64,000 nt of DNA from Candidatus Bathyarchaeia archaeon (lineage in GTDB: Archaea; Thermoproteota; Bathyarchaeia; Bathyarchaeales; Bathycorpusculaceae), in NCBI GenBank assembly GCA_038882975.1, contig JAVZNE010000001.1, positions 288,001 through 352,000 of the forward strand. The letters are read 5' to 3'. Positions 8,674-19,835 of the stretch are shown here, piece after piece (the stretch's first letter is position 1; the number at the start of each line of letters is the position of its first letter). The notes below the pieces were generated by a model, which did no database searches, was not told the DNA's origin, and saw nothing but the letters and a program-made list of their open reading frames with translations. The position numbers and the translations under genes were made by a program.

Positions 8674-10473
8674 TTAATCCTCTTCTGTTATGGCTGTGTG
8701 CCTCACATAGTAGTATTCGCCAATCTCCTTTTGATACTTGTCCAGCTTTGAGCCCTCCTTGTTGACGCGGGGTCTCTTCGTGACAGGGTCCCTTCTGAAG
8801 GTTACATTCATCTCCTTCAAGAAGGCGTTCATCCCATCCCTTAGGCTTGTTGGCGGGTTGGCTATGCCCCTTATTCCAGGCTCGCCCGTAAACACCATCA
8901 AACGGTCTGCTATGAAGTCTTGAGCTACAACGTCATGTTCAACAACGAAGGCTGTGGCATTCCTCGCCTCAATTACTCGGCGTATGGTTCTCGCCATGTT
9001 AAGCCTCTCTTCAACGTCCAAGTAGGCGCTCGGCTCATCTAAAAGATAAAGCTCAGCCTTTCTTGATAGGCATGCGGCTATGGCAACTTTCTGAAGTTCG
9101 CCGCCGCTAAGCTCGGCTATATTTCTCTCTAAGAGTGGCGTTATACCAAGTGGCTGGAGGATTTCAGCTTTATACCAGCCTGAAGTGAAGTCTTCTTTAG
9201 CTATGCTTGTTAAGAGTTCTTGCACGGTGCCCTCATATTCAGCAGAAATGTACTGTGGCTTATAGCTGACAGTCAGCTCTTTAAACTCTTTTCCATCATC
9301 TGTTTTCTCCAGACCAGCCAATATTTTAACAAATGTTGTTTTGCCTATGCCGTTTGGTCCAAGAATCCCTATAATTTCGCCCCTTTTTATTTCTCCTGGC
9401 TGTGCGACGAGTTTAAAGCCTTCATAGGTTTTCTCCACCTTATCCCATTTTAGGAGCGTCTCGCCAGCGGCGAAGCTTATGGTTGGCGGTTTTTCATGGA
9501 ATATTATGGCTTCTTTTCTGAAGCGGATGTTTTCGTCTGGGATGTAGCCTTGAAGATAAATGTTTATGCCAGTTCTGACGCCGTGCACGTGGGAGACTAT
9601 TCCGTAAACGCCAGCCTCACCGTAAAATATGCTTATTTGGTCTGAGAGATAATCGATTATTGCGAGGTCATGTTCGGCTACAACGACAATTTTTCCCTCC
9701 CCTTTTAAGCTTCTTATGGCTCTTGCAACCTCAAGCCTCTGCTTCACATCGAGGTAACTGGATGGCTCGTCGAAAAGGTAGACGTCGGCTTCTCTGCATA
9801 TCGCAGCGGCTACAGCCACCCTTTGCAGTTCGCCCCCGCTTAAGGCTTCGATTGGCCTGTCCCAAATGTTTTTCAACTCAAGCCTTTCGGCAACATCCTC
9901 AAGGATGCCTCGCTCATCCACTTTTCCAAGAAGTTCGCCAACCCTGCCAGAAACAGCCCTTGCAATCTTGTCAACATATTGGGGTTTGTGCACAACTTTT
10001 AGTTTGCCCTCGCTCATCCGCTGGAAATAGTCTTGCAGAACTGAACCCCTAAAATACCTTATTAGCTCGTTCCAGCTGGGTGGATTCTCATAATTCCCAA
10101 GGTTTGGCTTAACCTCCCCGGAAAGAATCTTCAGCGTCGTCGTCTTTCCTATACCGTTTTTGCCGAGAAGCCCCAAAACAGTGCCCGGTGACGGGGTTGG
10201 AAGTCTATAAAGCTTAAAGGTGTTTGGTCCAAATCGGTGGCTGCACTCCTTTTCCAGCTCATCTGGAAGGTTCACTATTGATATGGCGTTGAAGGGACAC
10301 TTTTTGACGCATATTCCACAACCGGAGCATAACGCCTCAACAATCAGTGGCTTGGCGTCTTCGAAGCGGATTGCCTCAACATGGCTTCTAACCATTGGGC
10401 AAAAGCGTTGGCACTGTTTTCCGCAACGCTTAGGTTTGCACTTATCAGCGTCCAGCACTGCAACGCGTGTCAT
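8674..10473 (-). CDS. rli: ribosome recycling ATPase ABCE1/RLI
   Basis: N-terminal Fe-S cysteines, two NBDs (GKNGIGKT/GPNGIGKT, LSGGELQ), C-terminal PRVNKEGSKLD. Confidence 0.97.
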   Translation of the reverse strand: MTRVAVLDADKCKPKRCGKQCQRFCPMVRSHVEAIRFEDAKPLIVEALCSGCGICVKKCPFNAISIVNLPDELEKECSHRFGPNTFKLYRLPTPSPGTVLGLLGKNGIGKTTTLKILSGEVKPNLGNYENPPSWNELIRYFRGSVLQDYFQRMSEGKLKVVHKPQYVDKIARAVSGRVGELLGKVDERGILEDVAERLELKNIWDRPIEALSGGELQRVAVAAAICREADVYLFDEPSSYLDVKQRLEVARAIRSLKGEGKIVVVAEHDLAIIDYLSDQISIFYGEAGVYGIVSHVHGVRTGINIYLQGYIPDENIRFRKEAIIFHEKPPTISFAAGETLLKWDKVEKTYEGFKLVAQPGEIKRGEIIGILGPNGIGKTTFVKILAGLEKTDDGKEFKELTVSYKPQYISAEYEGTVQELLTSIAKEDFTSGWYKAEILQPLGITPLLERNIAELSGGELQKVAIAACLSRKAELYLLDEPSAYLDVEERLNMARTIRRVIEARNATAFVVEHDVVAQDFIADRLMVFTGEPGIRGIANPPTSLRDGMNAFLKEMNVTFRRDPVTKRPRVNKEGSKLDKYQKEIGEYYYVRHTAITEED

Positions 10474-10603
10474 AGTTTACCAGCAACTATCTAGTTATGT
10501 GCTTTTACGTCATAAATATGAGCCTTAAAATCAGATTGCTAGAGTGCTAAAAACTTTTCGGGTTAGAAAGAAAACGAGGGAAACATGAAACTGTTTAGGG
10601 TTT

Positions 10604-10678
10604 TCACCATTCCTCTTCTTCCCACTCTTCTTCTTCCCAATCTTCCTCTTCCCATTCCTCTTCTTCCTCGAACACCAT
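10604..10678 (-). CDS. unannotated 24-aa acidic microprotein MVFEEEEEWEEEDWEEEEWEEEEW
   Basis: ATG at 10678 just after GGAGGTGA; TATA-like CTTAAAG at 10737-10731; TGA at 10604-10606; T-rich tract downstream. Confidence 0.7.
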   Translation of the reverse strand: MVFEEEEEWEEEDWEEEEWEEEEW

Positions 10679-10796
10679 ATTCACCTCCACTAACCCAAGG
10701 GCTTGGCATACTGAGAGCCTCAAAAGAATGCTTTAAGCATTTTCATTCGACTATTGTCGAGAACCCTTCTTGATGATGAGCCTGCATTTTAAAAAT

Positions 10797-11750
10797 TTAC
10801 TTCAGAATTTTTGCCGTTAGGGCGGCTTCAGGCTCCCGCATTTCAGGCTTAAGGTAAGCCCAACACAAATGTGCGGAGTTGTGGGCTGCTCCAATTTCGC
10901 CGCGTGTGTCTACGGCGATTAAACCCATGGAATTGTAGGTTCCAGCCATCCGCTCATTAACAAGCCTTATGGCGGCTTCAACAGCCTCTTGGGCAGTTTT
11001 GCCGCCCTCCATGTAATTGCAGACGGTCTTCGCAAGGACAAGCCTTATGGCGATTTCGCCAACGCCGGTGGCGGAACAAGCCCCACTCCTATTATCGGCG
11101 TAGGTGCCACATCCAATCAAGGGCGAATCGCCAATCCTTCCGGGAATTTTTAATGGGAAGCCGCCGGTGGATGTGGCAGCAGCAACATTTCCATCTAAAT
11201 CTAAGGCAACAGCGCCAACGGTTTCCAGGTCGAAAAGCTCCGGATACCTCTTAACCAGTTCTGCAAGTTTTGGCAGCTCAAACTTGCCATCCAATAGGGC
11301 TTGCTTCGCCTGCTCATAATATTTTAAGCGGAGTTCCGTAAGCGGGTTTCGCCTTTCAAGGTTGAACAGTTTTGCGAGTTTTTCTGCTCCATCGCCAACA
11401 ATGAAGACGTGGTCTGTCTTCTCCATAACTATTCGTGCAAGCCTAACCGGATTCCTAATGTCCCGCAAGAGCCCGGCAGCCCCAGCCCTTAAAGTTTTTC
11501 CATCCATAACTGAGGCTTCCATCTCCACAGTCTTCTCTATGGTTAGGCTTGAACCATAACCAGCGTTAAAGACACCTTCATCCTCCATGACGGCTACAGC
11601 CTCAACAACGGCGTCGAGGGCGCTTCCGCCATTAGCTAAAATGTCAAAACCAGTTTTGGCAGCCTTCTTTACACCTTCAAGTCCAGGATTAATGCGCTCT
11701 GGATGCCAGTTCCCAGCGCCGCCGTGGACAACTATTACTGGTTTTGGCGT
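10797..11750 (-). CDS. isoaspartyl peptidase/L-asparaginase (Ntn hydrolase); frame extends beyond the ORF track to an ACG codon
   Basis: IVVHGGAG N-terminal motif upstream of the track start; ETVGAVA cleavage site; TSTGG; RIGDSP. Confidence 0.88.
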   Translation of the reverse strand, partial: TPKPVIVVHGGAGNWHPERINPGLEGVKKAAKTGFDILANGGSALDAVVEAVAVMEDEGVFNAGYGSSLTIEKTVEMEASVMDGKTLRAGAAGLLRDIRNPVRLARIVMEKTDHVFIVGDGAEKLAKLFNLERRNPLTELRLKYYEQAKQALLDGKFELPKLAELVKRYPELFDLETVGAVALDLDGNVAAATSTGGFPLKIPGRIGDSPLIGCGTYADNRSGACSATGVGEIAIRLVLAKTVCNYMEGGKTAQEAVEAAIRLVNERMAGTYNSMGLIAVDTRGEIGAAHNSAHLCWAYLKPEMREPEAALTAKILK

Positions 11751-11947
11751 TTGCCCTTCCCTCCAGTTTTGGAAAGATAGAGTTTACGCCCATAAATTTA
11801 AGCCTAATCCCCAAAAACATCAAAACAGATAAATCCATGTTGTGAAAGTAATAGTTTGGGATGATGTGAGGCGACGGCTAGGAGCCCTTCCAAGCTGTGA
11901 AAAGCCAACTAACCTGCACTGACCAAAACTTGTAGCTGGTGGTTGGT

Positions 11948-12472
11948 GTGCTTAGGGACTTCAACCTTTTAGCCACAACTTCAAGAGGAAATGAGGATGA
12001 GGCTTGCTCCGAGCTTTGGTATTTGCTGGGCGAGATTGGCGACTCAGCGCCCATCGTGGACAAGACTGGAGTGGCTGGTTTAATTGCCGCGAAAACAGCT
12101 TTTAACCCCTTCGAGGTTATTGAAAAGTTTAGGCAGATTCTCCGAGAACGTCCCTACGAGTTTCGCTATATGCTGCGCATAATTCCAATAGAGAAGGTTA
12201 TCCGCACAGACCTTGGAGAAATCCAGCGGGCAGCCACAGAATTAAGCTCAAAAATTGGCAAAAACGAAACTTTTAGGATTACTGTTGAGAAGCGCTTCAC
12301 AGAAACCTCAACAAGGGACATTATTGAGGCGGCAGCCGCCAATATTGAACGCAAAGTGGACTTAAACAAGCCCGATAAGATTCTCTTAATCGAAGTTATT
12401 GGCGGGTTGACGGGGCTTTCGGTGATTAAGCCAGAAGATATCCTATCAATTGTGAAGGAGAAAGTGCTTTAG
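11948..12472 (+). CDS. THUMP-domain RNA-binding protein (Tan1-like)
   Basis: TFRITVEKR...KVDLNKPDKILLIEV THUMP signature. Confidence 0.88.
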   Translation: MLRDFNLLATTSRGNEDEACSELWYLLGEIGDSAPIVDKTGVAGLIAAKTAFNPFEVIEKFRQILRERPYEFRYMLRIIPIEKVIRTDLGEIQRAATELSSKIGKNETFRITVEKRFTETSTRDIIEAAAANIERKVDLNKPDKILLIEVIGGLTGLSVIKPEDILSIVKEKVL

Positions 12473-13035
12473 CGCTCGGTTGCCAAGAGCGCCACACGCT
12501 CAATAACAAGGTTAACTAGGGCTTGCATTAGGTCGTTCCCCTTTACAATAGCCTCAAGCTCTGCGTCTGATATTTCGAAGGCTTCTCGAATAACCCCAAT
12601 TTTCTCCCGTGAAAGCTCCAGAACAGCGTCGTCACGTCGCCCACCAACAACATTTGATATGACTTGTAAGGCTGTTTCCACATCCTCAGCCTTTTCACCC
12701 ACAACAAGAACCGCAATCGCCTCACAGTTGGGTTTTACTCCGAGAAGGCTCATGGCTTTTCGAATTTGACGCTGTGCAGAAGCGTAAAGAAGCATTTCCA
12801 CGGCTAGGCTTTTTGAGATGTTGATGCCATTTTTGAAGGCGTTTATGGCGTTTAAAGCTGCAAAATACAAGTGCTGCCAAGTAACCACAAGCCAAGCGTC
12901 GAAAAACTGGGCTTCCACATTTTTTGCCAAACATTTCCTAACAGTTTCAAGAAAGTCTTCAACGTCTGCTATTTTTACATCTCTGAAGCCGGCGATAGCC
13001 ACATACTTGCCAAACTCTTCGATGTGTTTCAGCAA
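12469..13035 (-). CDS. cgi121: KEOPS complex subunit Cgi121
   Basis: SKSLAVEMLLYASAQRQIRKA signature. Confidence 0.9.
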   Translation of the reverse strand: MLKHIEEFGKYVAIAGFRDVKIADVEDFLETVRKCLAKNVEAQFFDAWLVVTWQHLYFAALNAINAFKNGINISKSLAVEMLLYASAQRQIRKAMSLLGVKPNCEAIAVLVVGEKAEDVETALQVISNVVGGRRDDAVLELSREKIGVIREAFEISDAELEAIVKGNDLMQALVNLVIERVALLATER

Positions 13036-13637
13036 GCCCCTTCTTCCTCGCTAATCTCCTTTAGGAAATGGTTAACAAGCCTTTGGGACAAGCCAGCCTT
13101 CACGAGTTTCTCCACCTCCTTTTCAATGGGCTTTCCTTGTTCCTTGCATTTTTTGACTATTTTTCTTATGGTTTCCTTTATTTCCCATGGGAAGACTATC
13201 CATCGGCTTGTTTCCCTAGCGTAGTAGTCCGGCTTTATTATGCTCCATGGTTTGAGGTAGACGGCGGCAATCCTAACCTCGGCGGCGCCCTCCTTTTGCA
13301 AGTGCCCCTTTATGAGTTGGAGACTTTTGCCGGTGTCAGCCACCTCATCCACAACAAGCACCTTTTTGCCAGCAACCTTCACGGAAACAGGCTGCGTTAA
13401 TGTCGGCTCCCCCTTTGTTTCAGCCACACCAACATAAAATTCAACCTTAACATTGGCAAGGTTTGGATTCTCTAAAAGGTCTGATAGAACCCTTGCTGGA
13501 GGCCATCCGCCACGGGAAACGCCAACAATTATGTCTGGCTTGAAGTTGTCTTTCTTTATCTTTTCTGTTATTTTCATGAGCATTCTATAAATTTGGTTCC
13601 ATTTTGGCGCTTCAAATTCAAGCTCTTGCTGTGTCAA
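13029..13637 (-). CDS. type I purine phosphoribosyltransferase
   Basis: VSRGG, VLVVDEVADTGKS PRPP-binding motif, WIVFPWE. Confidence 0.9.
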   Translation of the reverse strand: MTQQELEFEAPKWNQIYRMLMKITEKIKKDNFKPDIIVGVSRGGWPPARVLSDLLENPNLANVKVEFYVGVAETKGEPTLTQPVSVKVAGKKVLVVDEVADTGKSLQLIKGHLQKEGAAEVRIAAVYLKPWSIIKPDYYARETSRWIVFPWEIKETIRKIVKKCKEQGKPIEKEVEKLVKAGLSQRLVNHFLKEISEEEGAC

Positions 13638-13766
13638 GCCTTTTCTCCACCAGTTTTTCAGCGTGGTTAAGAGTTTGGATTTAAAGCCGATTTTAGCTTT
13701 TCTAAAAAGGGCTGAGTTTGCTGATAACTTTAATTAGGCTCTAGCGGTGATAGAAGGGGGAGGGCG

Positions 13767-14696
13767 GTGAAATCATTGAGGGAAATTATTGAATGTGTTC
13801 CAAATTTCAGCACTTCAGACCCGAAGGTTGTTGAGCAAATCCTTAACGAGCTTAAAACAACCAAAAAAGCGTTTTTGCTTGATTACACCTTTGACAATTA
13901 TTACAACCGGCTTGTGGTCTCCTTCGTTGGTGATAGGCGTTCCGTGCTTGAAGCCATGTTAAAAATGGCTTTTAGGGCTGTGGGGCTTATTGACATGCGA
14001 ACCCATAAGGGGCAACACCCACGGATAGGCGCGGTTGACGTTGTCCCATTCATACCAATAAAAAACGCCACAATGGAAGATTGCATAAGGCTGGCGAGAA
14101 AGTTTGGCAGAACATTGGCTCAAGAACGCGGCGTGCCAGTCTACCTTTACGGCGAGGCTGCCACAAAACCAGAAAGAAGAGATTTGGACTGGATACGGGA
14201 AGGCGAATACGAGAGGCTGGAGGAAATGATGGCGAAGCCCGAACGCAAACCAGACTTCGGTCCAGCCAAGCCCCACCCAACGGCTGGAGCCACAATAACT
14301 GGCGCCCGCAAGGTTATGGCTGGATTCAACGTCAACCTTGGAACATCAGACCTAAAAATTGCAAAGAAGATAGCGAAGGCTTTGCATTCGAAGAAGGGTG
14401 GACTGGCAAACGTTAAGGCTATGGCGGCTTACATACCAGAAAAGAACATAACACAGATTGGGATGAGTATAAGCGATTTTGAGGCAACGCCCCTATACCG
14501 TGTTTTTGAACTGGTTAAAATTGAGGCTGAACGCTACAACGTGCCAGTCATAGGCTCAGAGTTTTGTGGAATGGCGCCTTTAAAGGCGATAGTTGATGTT
14601 GCGTCCTACTACTTAAAAATTGACAACCTCACGGTTGATAGAGTGTTAGAAGTGGCTATTCAAAACGCCACTGAGAAGGGAGGAAAATTTGAGTAA
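13767..14696 (+). CDS. ftcD: glutamate formiminotransferase (FT domain only)
   Basis: IECVPNFS, IDMRTHKGQHPRIGAVDVVPF, HPTAGAT. Confidence 0.92.
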   Translation: MKSLREIIECVPNFSTSDPKVVEQILNELKTTKKAFLLDYTFDNYYNRLVVSFVGDRRSVLEAMLKMAFRAVGLIDMRTHKGQHPRIGAVDVVPFIPIKNATMEDCIRLARKFGRTLAQERGVPVYLYGEAATKPERRDLDWIREGEYERLEEMMAKPERKPDFGPAKPHPTAGATITGARKVMAGFNVNLGTSDLKIAKKIAKALHSKKGGLANVKAMAAYIPEKNITQIGMSISDFEATPLYRVFELVKIEAERYNVPVIGSEFCGMAPLKAIVDVASYYLKIDNLTVDRVLEVAIQNATEKGGKFE

Positions 14697-16023
14697 GGCT
14701 AGAACAGGTAAAACGGCTGTCAAGGAAAAAGCTGACACACTTATTGTTAATGCCAGCGAGCTTGTGACACTAGCTGGCGACAATGAGAAACCTAAAACTG
14801 GTAAAAGAATGCGGGAACTCGGAATAATCAAGAATGGATGTGTAGCCATAAAAGATGGCAAAATATTGGCTGTTGGAAAAACCCCAGAGATAAGGAAGAA
14901 TTTTAGGGCTGAAGACATAGTGAATGCCAGCGGAAAAACAGTTTTGCCAGGCTTTGTTGACCCCCATACGCATTTGGTTTTTGCTGGCTCGAGGGAAAAC
15001 GAGTTCCAAATGAGGATTGAGGGCGCCTCTTATATGGAAATTCTGAAGGCTGGCGGTGGCATATTGAAAACTGTTAGGGAAACCAGAAAAGCCAGCCTTG
15101 ACGAGCTTTTGGGCTTTGGTTTAAGCACTTTGGATGTTATGCTACGATATGGCACAACAACAGTTGAGGCGAAGAGTGGATATGGATTAACAAAAAGGGA
15201 TGAATTGAAGATTTTAGAAGTTATCAAGCGTCTAAACCAGCTTCACGCCGTTGATGTTGTCCCCACATTTATGGGAGCCCACGCCATCCCAGCCGAATAC
15301 GCAGGCAATCCAGAAGAGTATGTCAGCTTGGTAATTGACGAAATGATTCCAGCTGTTGCAGAGAAAAAGCTGGCGAAATTCTGCGACGTTTTCTGCGAGA
15401 GAGGAGTCTTCAACCTAGAACAAACAAGAAAAATTCTCATAGCAGCCAAAAAACATGGCTTAGGGCTTAAGGTGCACGCTGACGAGATGAGCCAGATGGG
15501 TGGGGCTGAACTTGCAGCCAGCCTTGAAGCAGTTTCAGCCGAGCACTTGTTGTTCGCTTCTGACGTTGGACTTAAGGCTATGGCTGAAAAGAGCGTGATC
15601 GCCGTTCTGCTTCCAGCGGCAGCCTTCAGCCTCATGACTGGGCGTTTCGCCGACGCCCGTAAAATGATTGATTATTGTGTTCCAATAGCCTTGGGAACAG
15701 ATTTTAATCCAAGCTGTTGGGTTGAAAACCAGCAGCTTGTTATAGCCTTTGCATGCCATTTTATGAGGATGACGCCAGCCGAAGCCATAACCGCAGCCAC
15801 GATTAACGCGGCGCATGCCATTGGAAGAGCCAGCGAAGTTGGCAGCTTAGAAGTTGGCAAGAAGGCAGACATAGTGATTTTGAATGTGCCCAACCATGTT
15901 TTTCTCGGCTATCGCTTCGGCGTAAACCTCGTGGATAAAGTAATAAAAAATGGTAGAACGGTTGTTGACGAGGAAACCTCCATAGCCGAGGCAGCAAAAC
16001 TCTTCAGCAAAGAATTAGAGTAA
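14689..16023 (+). CDS. hutI: imidazolonepropionase
   Basis: [35 protein letters not shown]. Confidence 0.95.
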   Translation: MSKARTGKTAVKEKADTLIVNASELVTLAGDNEKPKTGKRMRELGIIKNGCVAIKDGKILAVGKTPEIRKNFRAEDIVNASGKTVLPGFVDPHTHLVFAGSRENEFQMRIEGASYMEILKAGGGILKTVRETRKASLDELLGFGLSTLDVMLRYGTTTVEAKSGYGLTKRDELKILEVIKRLNQLHAVDVVPTFMGAHAIPAEYAGNPEEYVSLVIDEMIPAVAEKKLAKFCDVFCERGVFNLEQTRKILIAAKKHGLGLKVHADEMSQMGGAELAASLEAVSAEHLLFASDVGLKAMAEKSVIAVLLPAAAFSLMTGRFADARKMIDYCVPIALGTDFNPSCWVENQQLVIAFACHFMRMTPAEAITAATINAAHAIGRASEVGSLEVGKKADIVILNVPNHVFLGYRFGVNLVDKVIKNGRTVVDEETSIAEAAKLFSKELE

Positions 16024-16061
16024 CCTTCAGCCACATATTTCTTGTTAAGGGTGAAAATTCC

Positions 16062-17720
16062 TTGTTGAAACTGGAAAGACCCATAAAATGCTTAACCGGA
16101 CCTGAACTGCACTGTAAGAACTGGCAGATTGAAGGCATCTTGCGCATGCTCTTCAACGTTGTCGACCCGGAAGTGGCCAAAGACCCTGAAAGACTGATTG
16201 TTTATGGCGGCACCGGCAAGGCTGCCCGCAACTGGGAGTGCTTTGAAAAAATTGTCGAAACCCTCATTGAGCTTGAGCCAGACGAAACCATGCTCGTTCA
16301 AAGCGGCAAGCCAGTAGCTGTCTTCAAAACCCACGAGTGGGCGCCCCGAGCCCTAATAGTGAATGCCATGCTTGTGCCAAAATGGGCAACATGGGACTAC
16401 TTCTACGAGCTGGAGCAGAAGGGCTTAATCATGTTTGGGCAGATGACCGCCGGCTCATGGGCTTACATTGGAACGCAAGGCATCCTTCAAGGCACGTATG
16501 AGACCATGGCGGCGGTGGCCCGCGAACACTTCGGCGGAACCCTCCGCGGCAGACTCGTCTTAACGGCTGGTTTAGGCGAGATGGGGGGAGCCCAACCCCT
16601 AGCTGTAACCATGAACGAAGGCGTCGCTCTAGTAGTGGAAATAGACAAACGCGCAATTGATAGACGCATAAGACATGGTTACTTGGAAACATGGACAGAC
16701 GATTTAGACGAAGCCGTAAAAATGGCTTTAGAAGCCAAACGTGAAGGCACCCCGAGAAGTATAGGCTTATTGGGTAACGCGGCTGAAGTGCACCCAGAAC
16801 TATTGAAGAGGGGAATAATACCAGACGTGCTAACAGACCAAACCAGCGCCCACGACCCTTTGAATGGCTATTATCCAGCTGGACTTTCAAAGGAGGAAGC
16901 CGACGAACTCCGCAAAAACAACCCAGAGGAATATCTGCGAAGAGCAAGCCAGAGCATGCGCACCCAAGTGGAAGCCATGGTCAAGATGATGGAAAAAGGC
17001 GCAATAACCTTCGAGTATGGCAATAATTTGCGCCAGCAAGCCTACAACGCCGGATTCAAAGAAGCCTTCGCTTATCCTGGCTTTGTTCAACGCTATATTA
17101 GGCCAATGTTCTGTGAAGGTCGTGGACCCTTCCGCTGGACGTCTCTAGTGGGGAGTGTTGAAGACATATACACGTTGGACGATGTTATTTTGAAGGAGTT
17201 CTCCTATAACAAGGAGCTCTGCCGGTGGATACAGAAGGCAAAGGAGCAAGTTAAGTTTCAAGGGTTGCCAGCCCGCGTCTGCTGGTTGGGCTTCGGAGAA
17301 AGAGCCCGCTTCGGAAAAATAATGAACGACATGGTGGCAAGCGGTAGGCTTTCTGGTCCCGTATGGATTGGGAGAGACCACTTGGACGGCGGAAGTGTCG
17401 CCTCGCCGAACCGTGAAACAGAGGGCATGATGGATGGAAGCGACGCCATAGCCGACTGGCCCATACTTAACGCGTTGTTGAATGCTGTTGCTGGCGCCAC
17501 ATGGGTAAGCGTCCACCATGGTGGAGGCGTCGGCATAGGCTATAGTATACATGCTGGCATGTGCTTGGTGGCTGACGGAACAAAAGAGGCTGAAAAACGC
17601 ATAGTAACCGTACTCACAACAGACCCTGGAACAGCCATAGTTAGGCACGCAGACGCTGGCTATGAAAAGGCGAAGAAAATAGCAAGGGAAAAGGGCATTA
17701 AAATGCCTATGCTGAAATAG
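16062..17720 (+). CDS. hutU: urocanate hydratase
   Basis: [39 protein letters not shown]. Confidence 0.97.
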   Translation: MLKLERPIKCLTGPELHCKNWQIEGILRMLFNVVDPEVAKDPERLIVYGGTGKAARNWECFEKIVETLIELEPDETMLVQSGKPVAVFKTHEWAPRALIVNAMLVPKWATWDYFYELEQKGLIMFGQMTAGSWAYIGTQGILQGTYETMAAVAREHFGGTLRGRLVLTAGLGEMGGAQPLAVTMNEGVALVVEIDKRAIDRRIRHGYLETWTDDLDEAVKMALEAKREGTPRSIGLLGNAAEVHPELLKRGIIPDVLTDQTSAHDPLNGYYPAGLSKEEADELRKNNPEEYLRRASQSMRTQVEAMVKMMEKGAITFEYGNNLRQQAYNAGFKEAFAYPGFVQRYIRPMFCEGRGPFRWTSLVGSVEDIYTLDDVILKEFSYNKELCRWIQKAKEQVKFQGLPARVCWLGFGERARFGKIMNDMVASGRLSGPVWIGRDHLDGGSVASPNRETEGMMDGSDAIADWPILNALLNAVAGATWVSVHHGGGVGIGYSIHAGMCLVADGTKEAEKRIVTVLTTDPGTAIVRHADAGYEKAKKIAREKGIKMPMLK

Positions 17721-17740
17721 ACATTGGAGGGTGTTGCTTT

Positions 17741-18088
17741 ATGGCGATTTTCCTCCTAGACATGTGGACGGTTGCTAAGGGTAAGGAAGCGGAAAACGAA
17801 GATGTTGTAAAGCAGATTCTCCAATATGGAGGCAAGCATCCAGAAGCATTCAAACATGTTAAGTCTCTGCGTTGCTTCAGACAGAGTATAGGTGGAAAGC
17901 CTCCAGGAAAATTCGTCCTAGTAACAGAGTTTTCAAGCCTACATGAAATGGAGGAATTTTTCCAAAAAATTAGGGAAGACAGCGAATGGAGAAAGATAAA
18001 GCGCAAGTGGAAGGAAGTTATGGACCATACATCTTCGGAAAGCCTACTATGGTCCGACGTTTTCAGAGAACTGTGGAAAGAAAAATAG
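17741..18088 (+). CDS. small NIPSNAP/dimeric alpha-beta barrel-like protein
   Basis: GGAGG SD; pattern FVLVTEFSSLHEMEEFF...DSEW; last gene of the hut run. Confidence 0.55.
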   Translation: MAIFLLDMWTVAKGKEAENEDVVKQILQYGGKHPEAFKHVKSLRCFRQSIGGKPPGKFVLVTEFSSLHEMEEFFQKIREDSEWRKIKRKWKEVMDHTSSESLLWSDVFRELWKEK

Positions 18089-18107
18089 TTATGGGAAAGT
18101 TTTGGGT

Positions 18108-19754
18108 TTACTCGAACTCTGATGTTTCTTTGGGTTTCTCTTTCTCCTTTTCCTTCTCCTTCTCGATGCCCTTCGCTGCTATTACATCGTCAATCTTCAG
18201 TATCATGTTTGCCGCTTCTGTGGCAGACTTAACAACTTGAAGCTTAACCCGTAATGGTTCTATAACGTTTAGTTCCAGCATGTCCCTAATCTTGCCAGTG
18301 AAGACGTCGACGCCGAAGGACGGCGATGAAGCGCTTTCATGGGCTGCCCTTAATGCGACCATGATGTCAACGGGGTCTAAGCCAGCATTTTCAGCCAGAG
18401 TTAGCGGTATAGACTCGACAGCATCGGCGAAAGCTTCTATGGCTAGTTGTTCGCGCCCGCCAACCTTTACGGCGTAGTCTCTGAGCTGTTTTGCCACCTC
18501 GGCTTCCGGTGCTCCGCCTCCAGGCACTATTTTTCCATCTTCAATGGCGTTTCTGACAACGCACAAGGCGTCATGCAGTGAGCGTTCAGCCTCGTCAACC
18601 ACGTGTTCCGTTCCGCCCCTAACCACTATTGTGACAGCCTTTGGATTCTTGCACTCCCTTATGTAGACGAGTTTGTCTTCGCCTATCTTGACTTCTTCGA
18701 CGAGTTTTGCCTCGCCAAGCACTTCTGGCGTTAAGTCTTTCACGCTGGCGACAATTTTGCCGCCAGTTGCCCTTGCCAGCTTCTCCATGTCGCTGCTGCT
18801 AATGTTTTTAACTGCTAGTATGCCTCTCTTCGCCAAGAAGTGCAGCGCAACATCGTCTATGCCCTTTTCGCATAAAACCACGTTGGCGCCTGCCTCTGCA
18901 ATTTTGTCCACCATCTCACGGAGCATGCGCTCCTCCTCGTCCAAGAAAAGCTTCATTTGCTCTGGGCTTTCAATGTTTATTTTTGCATCAAACTCCGTCT
19001 TCTCAATCTCCAACTTGGCATTCAAAAGCGCAATCTTCGCATTGTGAACTATCTTTGGCATCTGCGGATGAGCCACTTCCTTGTCTATAACCATGCCCTT
19101 AACAAGCTCTGTCTCTTCCAGGCTTTTGCCGTGCTTCTTCAAAATCTTAATTAAGTCAATGTCAGCCTTGAGCTTCCCATCCTTTTCCTCAGCGACTTGC
19201 TTCACGGCTTCAACAGCCAATTTTGCAAAGTGCTCTTTTGCTGCGGCGATTCCCTTGCTACCCATGGAGGTTATTGCAACGTCCATGAGCCTTTTCTCAT
19301 CGTTTGTGCTGACTGGCAGTGCCATCTTCTCCAAAACTTCGCGGGCTTTCTCGCTGGCCTTCTTGAAACCCTCAATTATTATTGTTGGGTGGATGTTCTG
19401 GTCTAGGAGCTCCTCAGCTTTTGCCAGAAGCTCTCCGGCTAAGACGGCGGCTGTGGTTGTTCCATCGCCAACCTCGTTGTCCTGGGCTTTAGCAACCTCC
19501 ACAAGCATTTTCGCCGCTGGGTGCTGAACATCAATCTCCTTCAATATTGTTGCACCGTCATTGGTTATTGTGACATCGCCGAAGCTGCTGACAAGCATCT
19601 TGTCCATGCCCTTCGGTCCTAAGGTGGTTTTAACAAGCTCCGCTATTATCTTGGCCGCCATAATGTTGTTTCTCTGAGCTTCCCTTCCAGTGGTTCTCCC
19701 GGTTCCTTCCTTCAACACCAAAACCGGGACTGTTCCAGAGGGCATGGCCGCCAT
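18108..19754 (-). CDS. ths: thermosome (group II chaperonin) subunit
   Basis: [32 protein letters not shown]. Confidence 0.97.
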   Translation of the reverse strand: MAAMPSGTVPVLVLKEGTGRTTGREAQRNNIMAAKIIAELVKTTLGPKGMDKMLVSSFGDVTITNDGATILKEIDVQHPAAKMLVEVAKAQDNEVGDGTTTAAVLAGELLAKAEELLDQNIHPTIIIEGFKKASEKAREVLEKMALPVSTNDEKRLMDVAITSMGSKGIAAAKEHFAKLAVEAVKQVAEEKDGKLKADIDLIKILKKHGKSLEETELVKGMVIDKEVAHPQMPKIVHNAKIALLNAKLEIEKTEFDAKINIESPEQMKLFLDEEERMLREMVDKIAEAGANVVLCEKGIDDVALHFLAKRGILAVKNISSSDMEKLARATGGKIVASVKDLTPEVLGEAKLVEEVKIGEDKLVYIRECKNPKAVTIVVRGGTEHVVDEAERSLHDALCVVRNAIEDGKIVPGGGAPEAEVAKQLRDYAVKVGGREQLAIEAFADAVESIPLTLAENAGLDPVDIMVALRAAHESASSPSFGVDVFTGKIRDMLELNVIEPLRVKLQVVKSATEAANMILKIDDVIAAKGIEKEKEKEKEKPKETSEFE

Positions 19755-19835
19755 ACACCATCACCCCCTCATCCAGTTTTTGTGTTAGTAGGAAGCAGCA
19801 AATCACCGAAAAAATTTACTTCTATATAAACTTTT

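Noticed and set aside
10604-10670. Short periodic repeats as a possible CRISPR array or microsatellite
   Set aside because: 15-nt period with synonymous variation and no spacers; explained by coding.
10585-10773. 62-aa Pro/Leu-rich plus-strand ORF
   Set aside because: Antisense shadow of the Glu/Trp microprotein, which has the SD and promoter.
18120-18165. KEKEKEKEK repeat
   Set aside because: Ordinary low-complexity thermosome tail.
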